A DNA stretch of 64,000 nucleotides from Thermoproteota archaeon (GTDB lineage Archaea; Thermoproteota; Thermoprotei_A; Sulfolobales; Ignisphaeraceae). The DNA lies in assembly GCA_030550585.1 (NCBI GenBank), contig JAUQPB010000002.1, positions 224,001 to 288,000 of the forward strand, written 5' to 3'. Both the position numbers and the translations under genes were made by a program. Shown here piece by piece: positions 52,887 through 61,193 of the stretch. Position 1 is the stretch's first letter. Each line of letters starts with the position of its first letter. The notes below the pieces were generated by a model, which ran no database searches, was not told the origin of the DNA, and saw nothing but the letters and a program-made list of their open reading frames with translations.

Positions 52887-53500
52887 TTGCATTCACACCT
52901 ATATACTTTCTATAAAAGCCTTTTCCAGCCCTGCTTAAAAAGCTTTTTGACTCTAATCAGAAAGTCCATAGGTTCGTCAATGGTCTATGCCATGTGTGTT
53001 CTGGTGGAAAAGAGTTGACTTTATGTAGCTGTTTCGATGGTTGGATGAAAAGAATTGAATGTTTTTGTTCCGATGACTAAGAATAGACTGTAATACTAAG
53101 AGAGAGTTGATTGGCTGTTCATGGGTGTGGTGAAAGTGGTTTTGAATTTGCAGAGGTTTAATAGTGATGACCCTATTAAAAAGTGTGTTTTCTCGATTAC
53201 AATGGGGCTTGCATAGTATATGGAGATCTGCGACTATTCAAGTTAACTATTGTTTGATTGTATATTCAATATTTTTCAGCAGCTTCTGTGTTCTTTTATG
53301 TGTTAGAATTTTGTGGGTGTTCTCAATGGGTTTAATGTGCTCAGTTGGGTGTGTAGTCATCATCTTCAATTATTTATCAGATACTGGCGGTTTCATCAAC
53401 TTGTATTTTTGATGGTTGCAGTGAATTGGTTGTTTCACTATGCTTTTAAGTATTCTTTTTTGAGAAAAATAAATGGTTTGGTCTTCGGATCATCGTGAAT
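52887..53500 (-). promoter_or_regulatory. CRISPR leader with BRE/TATA promoter
   Basis: Long AT-rich non-coding region adjoining the intact terminal repeat. Minus-strand GGAAAAGGC-TTTTATA at 52926-52911 lies ~25 nt before the first repeat. The distal boundary is approximate. Confidence 0.75.
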
Positions 53501-53519
53501 TAGAATTATTAATGTTGAG

Positions 53520-53711
53520 CTAGTCATAGATTATTGCTTCTTTAAGGGTTGGTTCATGTGATAGTGGTGTTAGTATGGGGATTGGGCTACTTGGGGCATA
53601 TCTGTTACATTTATGTGGTTTGATCTCCCCGAAGATGTTGCATATGATGGTGTTGCCGCGGATTACGGCATGTTTACAAGAGGAGCATCTGAGACTCACG
53701 TTCTCAACCAA
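53520..53711 (-). CDS. Small Cys-rich (putative Zn-finger) hypothetical protein
   Basis: CSSC...C...C in 63 aa; TTG start; AT-rich TATA-like sequence ~30 nt upstream. Confidence 0.55.
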   Translation of the reverse strand: MVENVSLRCSSCKHAVIRGNTIICNIFGEIKPHKCNRYAPSSPIPILTPLSHEPTLKEAIIYD

Positions 53712-53909
53712 TTTATATCTAGGCTAATCTGATTTATATATTTTTAAGCTTGATGTTGTCTTGATTAAAACTTGTATAATATTTGCTTTCATTGTAGTAT
53801 AAACTAGTCTAACTAGGATGTGCATCGATGGTTAACGAATTAGCAGATTGTTGGCAGGTTGTGGTCTGGGAGACAAAGCTAAAATAGCTGTGGTGTGTAA
53901 TATAGTAGT

Positions 53910-55073
53910 GTGGTGGGAGTTTTGCCTATTGTACGTGAATTGTCGGTTGAGCCCCCAGTTATATTGAAACCGACTATGAGGATAGGTGAAGTACTGCCCA
54001 AGATGAAGGAGCATAGAATTGTTGTAGCTCCTGTTGTAAATGATGACAATGTGTTGATCGGTGTTTTGAGCTATAGGAACATTCTTATGAGGGGTGTTGG
54101 CAGGGATACCAAGGTTCAAACTGTTATGGAGCCTCCATACTCACTCAATGAAAATGTAGATTTTGACAGGGCTGTTATGGCTTTTGTCAATTGGAGGGCT
54201 AGGGAAATACCTGTGACAAATGCTAATGAGGTTGTGGTAGGGGTTGTCTCTAGGAACATTATATTGGATTATATGCTTAGAAATGGGCTGGTGCCTTCTG
54301 CAACAGTAGATTCTGCGATGAGCAAACCAGCTATAACAATTGAGGAGAGTGAGAGCATTGCTAGGGCAAGGTGGCTGATGCTGAAAAGCGGTATCTCAAG
54401 ACTTGTTGTAGTCGATAAGACTGGGAGAGTGGCAGGTGTGATAACATTAAGCGATATTGTTGAGAGGCTCTACACCATTAGGCTGAGTAAAAGAAAAGGT
54501 TATGAGTGGATACAGAGCGAGGAATCGTTTTTAGCAGCTCCAGTAGCAGACTATATGACTAGTCCCCCAATCACAATTCCATCGGGGTCCAGCCTAGTTA
54601 AAGCGATAAACATTCTATTGGAGAATAGGATATCCGGAGCCCCTGTGGTCACAGCTGATGACAAGCCGCTGGGGGTGTTCAGCGGACTGGATGCATTGAA
54701 GCTTTATTTAGACCAGCTAAAGATTTCCATGCCTATCGAGGCTAAGATATCCCAGGTTGTGAAAGAGGACTTTACAAGGCTTCAGATAGAGAAGCTTGTC
54801 AACAGCTACCTATCGAAGTTTTCGAGATATGTAAATGTGATAGACTTTAAACTAGCTGTGAAGGAAGAGACAAAGACCGATAAAGAAGGTAGAAGAAGAT
54901 ACAATGTTAGGGTAAGGGTTGTCACAGATTCTGGTGCACTAACATCACAGTCTGTATGCTGGGACCTGTCAACATGTGTGAGGGAGGCTCTCGAAATCAT
55001 TGAAAAGAGATTGAGAAAACAGGTTGAGAAAGCTGTTACTGCGAAGAGAAAGAAGAAGAGAGAGGGTGACTAG
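53910..55073 (+). CDS. 4xCBS-domain protein with C-terminal HPF/RaiA-like domain (putative ribosome hibernation factor)
   Basis: Four CBS repeats (..GVLS, ..GVVS, ..GVIT, ..GVFS), then IEKLVNSYLSKFSRY...RYNVRVRVVT...WDLSTCVREALEIIEKRLRK. Confidence 0.8.
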   Translation: MVGVLPIVRELSVEPPVILKPTMRIGEVLPKMKEHRIVVAPVVNDDNVLIGVLSYRNILMRGVGRDTKVQTVMEPPYSLNENVDFDRAVMAFVNWRAREIPVTNANEVVVGVVSRNIILDYMLRNGLVPSATVDSAMSKPAITIEESESIARARWLMLKSGISRLVVVDKTGRVAGVITLSDIVERLYTIRLSKRKGYEWIQSEESFLAAPVADYMTSPPITIPSGSSLVKAINILLENRISGAPVVTADDKPLGVFSGLDALKLYLDQLKISMPIEAKISQVVKEDFTRLQIEKLVNSYLSKFSRYVNVIDFKLAVKEETKTDKEGRRRYNVRVRVVTDSGALTSQSVCWDLSTCVREALEIIEKRLRKQVEKAVTAKRKKKREGD

Positions 55074-55867
55074 AGAATTTCAACTCTAAACCGATTGGCA
55101 ATACTTTTTGAAAGAGCTTTATAGACATCGGATATACACGATGTTGCAACTCCAGGAGCTCGCAGACCAACCTCTACTAGGAATGATGCTTCCCCCTCTT
55201 TCACCTCCAGCAACCTAATATCGTTAATACTTGTCACAAACCTTGATTTCGATAGTATCTCCCTAATAGTGTTGATAATCCTGTCTATGTCTAACCCATG
55301 TCCATATACATACAATTTGAATTTCAGTATCTGAAGAGATTGTTTAACAATAACAGAGTTTAGAACTTGTCTATATGGTATAAAGACTATTCTATTATCT
55401 GAGGTGATTATCTCCATAAAGTTTCCCTCTAGCAAAACAACCTTACCTTCATATACACCATCATCTACGTTAACCTGGATGTATTCGCCATCTCTTAGAA
55501 GTCCAGATGACACAAGTATCAAATAGCTGAAGCTGTTCTCTATAAGTGGTCTCAGAGAGACTATCACAGCAATAATTATGATAACTACTATGGTAACTGA
55601 AAACCAGAGGGAGTATTGAACGAAGCTGGATATGGCTATCGGTATTGCAATTAAGGCAGATAGCACCAAAACTATGATTTTTATCAATTCCTCTACTCTT
55701 CTAGATATCACACCCTTTACTCTAAGCCCTCTAAGAACCCTTCCAACAACAATATATATGGCTATTACTATAGCAATGGCAACAACTATATACAGAATCA
55801 TGTATAGGAAGCTCAGCTCAATTGTTATAGGCCCTAAAGAAATGGTACTACTGCTAGCGTTGCCCAC
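55070..55867 (-). CDS. mscS: Small-conductance mechanosensitive channel (MscS family)
   Basis: Three TM helices, then IENSFS..LRDGEYI...EGKV...IVFIPY. Confidence 0.75.
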   Translation of the reverse strand: MGNASSSTISLGPITIELSFLYMILYIVVAIAIVIAIYIVVGRVLRGLRVKGVISRRVEELIKIIVLVLSALIAIPIAISSFVQYSLWFSVTIVVIIIIAVIVSLRPLIENSFSYLILVSSGLLRDGEYIQVNVDDGVYEGKVVLLEGNFMEIITSDNRIVFIPYRQVLNSVIVKQSLQILKFKLYVYGHGLDIDRIINTIREILSKSRFVTSINDIRLLEVKEGEASFLVEVGLRAPGVATSCISDVYKALSKSIANRFRVEIL

Positions 55868-55870
55868 TTG

Positions 55871-56512
55871 CTACTCACCAAAAAGCTTGCTGATCAAATG
55901 TTTTTCACCGAATATAGCAACTATATCGCCAGGCTCGATAGTGGTATCCTTCTCTAATGGTATTGGAGAGCCGCTTCTAATTATAGCAATGACTCTCATC
56001 CCCTCCTCCTCCAAGTCCTTAACAGTTCTTGAAACTATTCGCGAGGCGGGAGAAACAATATGGATCATAATGCTTCTATCGCCAACATCTACAAAGTATG
56101 TGTCAAAAATCTTAGTCAAGATATTGCTACTCAACTCTTTTGACTTCACTATAACCTCACTCACAATGCCATATGTCTTCAGGAACCTTCCAACAATATT
56201 GTTACCGACAACAGCTATGGCCTTAGGTATTTTCATTTCCTTTGCAAGCATAGAGACAAATATGTTGACCATATCATTATCATGAATAGCCACAACAACA
56301 TCTGCCTTGTCGAGCCCCACTTCTAGATAGAGTTTCTCATCAAATAGATCTCCTGTGAATACAGGTATGTCAAATTCTCTAGAAAGTATCTCAGCATCTC
56401 TTTGGCTATCTGTGAGTACAACAAAATCGCCTTTTTCATAGCCAAGTCCCCTCTTTATAGATGTGATGAGCTCTATAACCTCCTTTGAGCCTCCAACAAT
56501 GAAAATCTTCAT
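55871..56512 (-). CDS. trkA: TrkA-family potassium uptake regulatory subunit (RCK N+C)
   Basis: MKIFIVGG, GLDKADVVVA..NDMVN, C-terminal IIRSG...IEPGDIV. Confidence 0.85.
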   Translation of the reverse strand: MKIFIVGGSKEVIELITSIKRGLGYEKGDFVVLTDSQRDAEILSREFDIPVFTGDLFDEKLYLEVGLDKADVVVAIHDNDMVNIFVSMLAKEMKIPKAIAVVGNNIVGRFLKTYGIVSEVIVKSKELSSNILTKIFDTYFVDVGDRSIMIHIVSPASRIVSRTVKDLEEEGMRVIAIIRSGSPIPLEKDTTIEPGDIVAIFGEKHLISKLFGE

Positions 56513-56737
56513 ATCACTGTCATCTCAATAGATATTGATGTTTGCTTCAATAGTATCTGGAATTGGAAATTTATAACTTCTTTTTTAAGTCTTTATAGCT
56601 TTGAAACTGCTCAAAGAAATCTATCAAATACTGCTTTTCGTATAAAAGAGTTTGGATATTGCTTAGCAATAATGTGCAAAGCCAAATTCTTTGAGCTTGA
56701 ATGCCGAGGTCAATATTTTAGTATGCCTAGAGAGTTT

Positions 56738-58222
56738 TCACAGCAACGCTTTTCTTCTATAGTAATAACCTATCAGCAGGTAGAGGGGTAGGAACTCCAA
56801 CCTACCAAAATACATTGCTGTGACCAGAGTTACCTTTGACGCTATAGGCATTGTTGGTGTTGTTATTCCTACGGAGAGCCCTACACAGGAGAGTGCTGAG
56901 GTTACTTCGAACATGCTGTCTACAAAATCATAGCTTGTGATGTTGACTGTTACTAGGCTTAGGTATAGTGCTAGAGATAAGATGATTTGCATTAGCGCAT
57001 ATATGATTATGTATGTTATTGCTGAGGCTATTTCCTCATCGCCTAGCACCTCCTCTCCTAGCTTCTTAGTGATTCTAAAGCCTTTTGGCAAAACAGATCT
57101 CTCTATATCCCATAAAATACTTTTTAATGCTATTACAACCCTCTTTGTCTTTATCCCGCCAGCTGTTGAAAATGTTGCTCCGCCAATGGCCATAGAAATT
57201 ATTAGTATAATCTTGAACACTGTTGGGTATTGCTTTATATCCCCTATCTGAAAACCTGTTGTTGTGTAAGCCGATACCACATGGTATACTAGTGGAACGG
57301 TGAGGTTAGACACATTTAGTGAGGTTGACGTAAATAGCGTTGCCAGAACTAGTATAAGGAGTATTGCGAAAAAGCCTTTTGTCTCAGAGGATTTGGCAAA
57401 CGCTTTGAGATCCCCTGTGGATAGCTTGTATAGATCTCTAAAATTGAGAGCACCTATAATCATTATTATAGATGTTGTTATCAAGACTATAGAATTTCCT
57501 CTGAAGAACCAGTAGCCAATATTCTGATCTTTTGTTGACATACCACCTGTTGCTATAGCTGTCATTGAATGTGTTAACGCGTCTAGGAAACCCATACCAC
57601 TTGCTATAAGCAGTACAGCACCGAAAATAGTGTAGGCAGAGTACATCACAAAGAGATCTATCATAGACTTTCTAATTGTTGCAACCAGCTTAGCCCCTCT
57701 CTCAACAGGGTATATCCTGATTAGTGATGCGTGGAGAAACGGGAGTATGGTGCCCGCTACAACAACTGTTCCCAACTCTCCAAGCCACTGGGTCATAGCT
57801 CTCCACACAAGAACTACATAGGGTATGGACTCGAGGTTCTCAAATACTGTTAGTCCTGTTCCACTAAACCCGCTGATAGACTCGAAGAAGGCGTCTAGAG
57901 GGTTTATGCCTAGTGTGGTGATGTAGATTATCGATGTTGATATTGGTACTGTGATCCAGACAAGGGCAACGGAAATCATAGCATCTAATGGATTGTCTAT
58001 CAAATGCCTCTTCAATCCATATGCAAGAGAGCTCCAGAAAACAAGCAGGATTGTGCAGGCCTCTAAATATTTTATTGATACCCTATAGCCGTTGTAGTCT
58101 CCTGTGTACAGGTAGTATAGAAGAAATGAAATGCCGTTGATCGTAGCTATAACAGTTAGAGCCAGATTTATTTGGGAAATGGCAGAGGCTATGGCAAAAA
58201 ATCTCCTCGTTTTTGTCACCAA
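56738..58222 (-). CDS. trkH: TrkH-family potassium uptake membrane protein
   Basis: FESISGFSGTG, QWLGELG, ATGGMS, STAGGIK, SALSCVG, GRLE. Confidence 0.92.
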   Translation of the reverse strand: MVTKTRRFFAIASAISQINLALTVIATINGISFLLYYLYTGDYNGYRVSIKYLEACTILLVFWSSLAYGLKRHLIDNPLDAMISVALVWITVPISTSIIYITTLGINPLDAFFESISGFSGTGLTVFENLESIPYVVLVWRAMTQWLGELGTVVVAGTILPFLHASLIRIYPVERGAKLVATIRKSMIDLFVMYSAYTIFGAVLLIASGMGFLDALTHSMTAIATGGMSTKDQNIGYWFFRGNSIVLITTSIIMIIGALNFRDLYKLSTGDLKAFAKSSETKGFFAILLILVLATLFTSTSLNVSNLTVPLVYHVVSAYTTTGFQIGDIKQYPTVFKIILIISMAIGGATFSTAGGIKTKRVVIALKSILWDIERSVLPKGFRITKKLGEEVLGDEEIASAITYIIIYALMQIILSLALYLSLVTVNITSYDFVDSMFEVTSALSCVGLSVGITTPTMPIASKVTLVTAMYFGRLEFLPLYLLIGYYYRRKALL

Positions 58223-58240
58223 AAAACACTAGTTTTGTAG

Positions 58241-58651
58241 TTAAGATGTTGTGGGCGTGAATTTAATTCCGTATACTATCAATCCCTCGTCTGACTCTTC
58301 CCAAACTCTTCTCAAAGTTGCTTCAACAGGCATGCCTATGTATACCTCATCTGGCTTCACATCTGTTAGTGGTGCTAAAACCTTTACACCGTTTTCCAGC
58401 TCTATCAACGCTATTATGAGTGGTGCTAGATGTCTGTACCCCTCTGGAACTGTATACTCTATTGTATAGCTTATTATCTTCCCCCTCTTTGGCAGCTCAA
58501 CTTTTTCTACCTCGAGGGATCCGCAATATGGGCAGGCTGGCTTCGGTGGATAGAACACCCTACCACATCTTTTGCATTTAGAGCCCTCTAATCGGTATCT
58601 AGCCCCCCTTTCTCTCCAAACCCTCGCAGGAGACATCCTCATGTAGCTCAC
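58241..58651 (-). CDS. DUF35 Zn-ribbon/OB-fold protein (thiolase partner)
   Basis: GSKCKRCG...PPK..CPYCGS, OB fold ending YGIKF. Confidence 0.92.
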   Translation of the reverse strand: MSYMRMSPARVWRERGARYRLEGSKCKRCGRVFYPPKPACPYCGSLEVEKVELPKRGKIISYTIEYTVPEGYRHLAPLIIALIELENGVKVLAPLTDVKPDEVYIGMPVEATLRRVWEESDEGLIVYGIKFTPTTS

Positions 58652-59799
58652 CTCTTCAAAATAGTTACAGTTGTTAGTGTTGCAACACCCCCAGTATTCA
58701 TGGCAAGCCCATATTCAGCTTTGCCCACTTTAACACCTGGAAAATCTCCTCTAAGCTGCATAGCTATCTCAGCCACTTGGTAAACCCCCGTGGCACCAAC
58801 TGGGTGGCCCCTCGCTTTTAGCCCTCCACTCAAGTTGATAGAGGGTTTGTCTCCTGCCGCGAATCTACCATCTTTTATAAGCTTCCACGACTCTCCTAAC
58901 CCAGCAAAACCAAGTCCTTCAATCGATAGGAGAGCTGTTATTGTAAATGCATCGTGTATTTCTGCAACATCTATATCCCTTGGCCCAACGCCAGCCATTT
59001 TATATGCTTTTTCAGCTGCCATCCTAATGCTCATGGGATTGAGCAGATCCTCTCTAGATGCTAGGTCAAGGCCGTCGCTCCCCATACCAACACCAGCTAT
59101 TTGGATAGGGGTATCACTAATCTTTCTAGCAACATCCTCTGAGGCTAGCAAGATGGCGGCTGCGCCATCGCCTATGGGTGAAGAGTCCATCAATCTTATT
59201 GGATCTGCTATAACAGCCGATTTCAAGACATCCTCTATTGTGATTCTATTTCTCAGTTGTGCGTAGGGGTTTTGAGAGCCATATTCATGCATTCTAACAG
59301 GCCATATTGCAAGATCCTCTCTTTTCGCTTCGTATCTATGCATATAGAGCCTCATTACAAGAGCGTTGAGCGCCACAAAGCTTGCTCCATATATCGCCTC
59401 GTGCTCGAAATCAGCTGCCTGCGCCAATGCAGCTGTTGTTGTTGCTGTTGGGTAGTCAGACATCTTCTCAACTCCAACAACAAGCACCTGGTTGTAGAGC
59501 CCCGAGGCGACAAGGGCGTAGCCAGCTGCTATAGCATGCCCCCCGCTTCCACATGCAGCCTCTACTTTGAATCCCCCTCTGCCTCTGAGACCAACTGCAT
59601 CTGCAACCAATGCTGCTAAAGAGTCTTGCTGGAAAAGCGAGCTGCTCATCATATTGCCAACAACTATGGCCTCTGGAGAAAACAGTTTAACGTCGTTAAC
59701 AAGGTTTTTCACAGCCATGTGAACAAGCTCTTGGAATCCCTTGTCATAATGTCTATCAATCTTTGCCATGCCAACTCCTGCCACAAACACCTTTCTCAA
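58648..59799 (-). CDS. Acetyl-CoA C-acetyltransferase (archaeal thiolase, mevalonate pathway type)
   Basis: EAACGSG, GVEKM, DGAAA, EIHDAF, GGLKARGHPVGATG. Confidence 0.93.
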   Translation of the reverse strand: MRKVFVAGVGMAKIDRHYDKGFQELVHMAVKNLVNDVKLFSPEAIVVGNMMSSSLFQQDSLAALVADAVGLRGRGGFKVEAACGSGGHAIAAGYALVASGLYNQVLVVGVEKMSDYPTATTTAALAQAADFEHEAIYGASFVALNALVMRLYMHRYEAKREDLAIWPVRMHEYGSQNPYAQLRNRITIEDVLKSAVIADPIRLMDSSPIGDGAAAILLASEDVARKISDTPIQIAGVGMGSDGLDLASREDLLNPMSIRMAAEKAYKMAGVGPRDIDVAEIHDAFTITALLSIEGLGFAGLGESWKLIKDGRFAAGDKPSINLSGGLKARGHPVGATGVYQVAEIAMQLRGDFPGVKVGKAEYGLAMNTGGVATLTTVTILKR

Positions 59800-59947
59800 A
59801 CTGCATCACATTGCAAATGTTTTTGTACAAGGGTTATATAAAGCATATTTTTCCGTAAAGCCAACCACATACTAGATGTCTTGAGTCATGCCCACTGAAC
59901 TGTGATGAGTATCGGGGTATAGGAAGAAAGTTGATGGTGGTGTCGCT

Positions 59948-61090
59948 ATGGAGTTTAGAGCGCATTATTGGAGTATGCTAAGACCAGATGCTGTGGAGGC
60001 TCTACATAACGAGGTGTTTAGAAAGGTTCTGAGCTGGTACTACTCAGTGCTGGTAGAGGACTATCCAGCTAAATTCCACATTGCAAAGGCCATTCCAATA
60101 CCAAGCGACATCAACATCAGCTCTTGTGACGAGGAATGCCTGTGGGCTGTCCACAGAGACCTTGAGAAGAGCTTCCTATCGCTGTGGAGAGAGGTTAGGA
60201 AAGAGGGCATAAAATTCAGAGAGTTTAAGAAGATGTATGGAGAAGCGCCTAGAAACTTCCTCGACCTGAAGATAGCCATAGCTAAGAGCATTCTGAAAAA
60301 CTGCAGGTTTTGTGAATGGAGATGTGGAGTCAATAGGTATACTGGAAATGGAGGGGCCTGTAGACTGGATTCGAAGACCTATGTACACAGCTGGTTTCTG
60401 CATATAGGCGAGGAAGCGCCTCTAGTGCCCAGCGGGACGATATTTTATGGGAGTTGCAATTTCAGATGTGTATATTGCCAAAACTGGGATATATCACAGG
60501 AAAACCCGTTTAGCGGGGTTGTTGTTGGGCCACGGCAGCTAGCATTAATGCAAAAAGAGCTTAGAGATAGTGGTGCTAGGAACATTAACCATGTTGGCGG
60601 CGAGCCAACACCCAATCTGTACACGATTTTGGAGAGTCTAAGGCATCTAGATGTAAATGTTGTGCAGTTGTGGAACAGCAATTTCTATATGAGTCTAGAG
60701 TCAATGGATCTGCTAAAACATGTGATTGACATATGGCTTCCAGACTTCAAATATGGTAACAACGACTGTGCCTTGAGGTTATCAAAAATCCCTAGATATG
60801 TTGATGTTGTTGGCAGAAACCATAAGATTGCAATTGAATGGGGAGATATGATAATAAGGCATCTGGTTCTGCCAAACCACATAGAGTGCTGCTCGAAGAG
60901 AGTATTGAAGTGGATTGCAGACAATCTGCCGCTGGATAGAGTGTTGGTGAATATAATGGATCAGTATAGGCCAGAGTACAAAGCGTTTGAATACAAAGAC
61001 ATTTCGAGAAGACCATCAGCAAAGGAGTTGGAGGAGGTCTTCGACTATGCAGATAAGCTAGGGATTCTCTGGAGAGATATATCGAGATAG
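59948..61090 (+). CDS. Radical SAM protein, PflX-like
   Basis: CRFCEWRCGVNR, HIGEE.PLVPSGTIF, CNFRCVYCQN, GGEPTP, PDFKYGN, RHLVLPNH, NIMDQYRP. Confidence 0.9.
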   Translation: MEFRAHYWSMLRPDAVEALHNEVFRKVLSWYYSVLVEDYPAKFHIAKAIPIPSDINISSCDEECLWAVHRDLEKSFLSLWREVRKEGIKFREFKKMYGEAPRNFLDLKIAIAKSILKNCRFCEWRCGVNRYTGNGGACRLDSKTYVHSWFLHIGEEAPLVPSGTIFYGSCNFRCVYCQNWDISQENPFSGVVVGPRQLALMQKELRDSGARNINHVGGEPTPNLYTILESLRHLDVNVVQLWNSNFYMSLESMDLLKHVIDIWLPDFKYGNNDCALRLSKIPRYVDVVGRNHKIAIEWGDMIIRHLVLPNHIECCSKRVLKWIADNLPLDRVLVNIMDQYRPEYKAFEYKDISRRPSAKELEEVFDYADKLGILWRDISR

Positions 61091-61193
61091 AAAAGGCCAA
61101 GTTGAGAAGAAGTCATCAAAACGGCAAACAATTTGTGCCCCTGCTTAAAACACTGTTTTAGAAGATACTGTGTAGTAGCTGAGGATTCTGACC

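Noticed and set aside
53164-53498. Two hydrophobic ORFs in the CRISPR leader
   Set aside because: T-rich leader sequence gives spurious hydrophobic frames; no motifs.
59875-59925. Possible fourth C/D sRNA (CTGA..GTGATGA plus 12 nt)
   Set aside because: Only the internal D'/C'-like pair is convincing. The outer C and D boxes are absent or degenerate.
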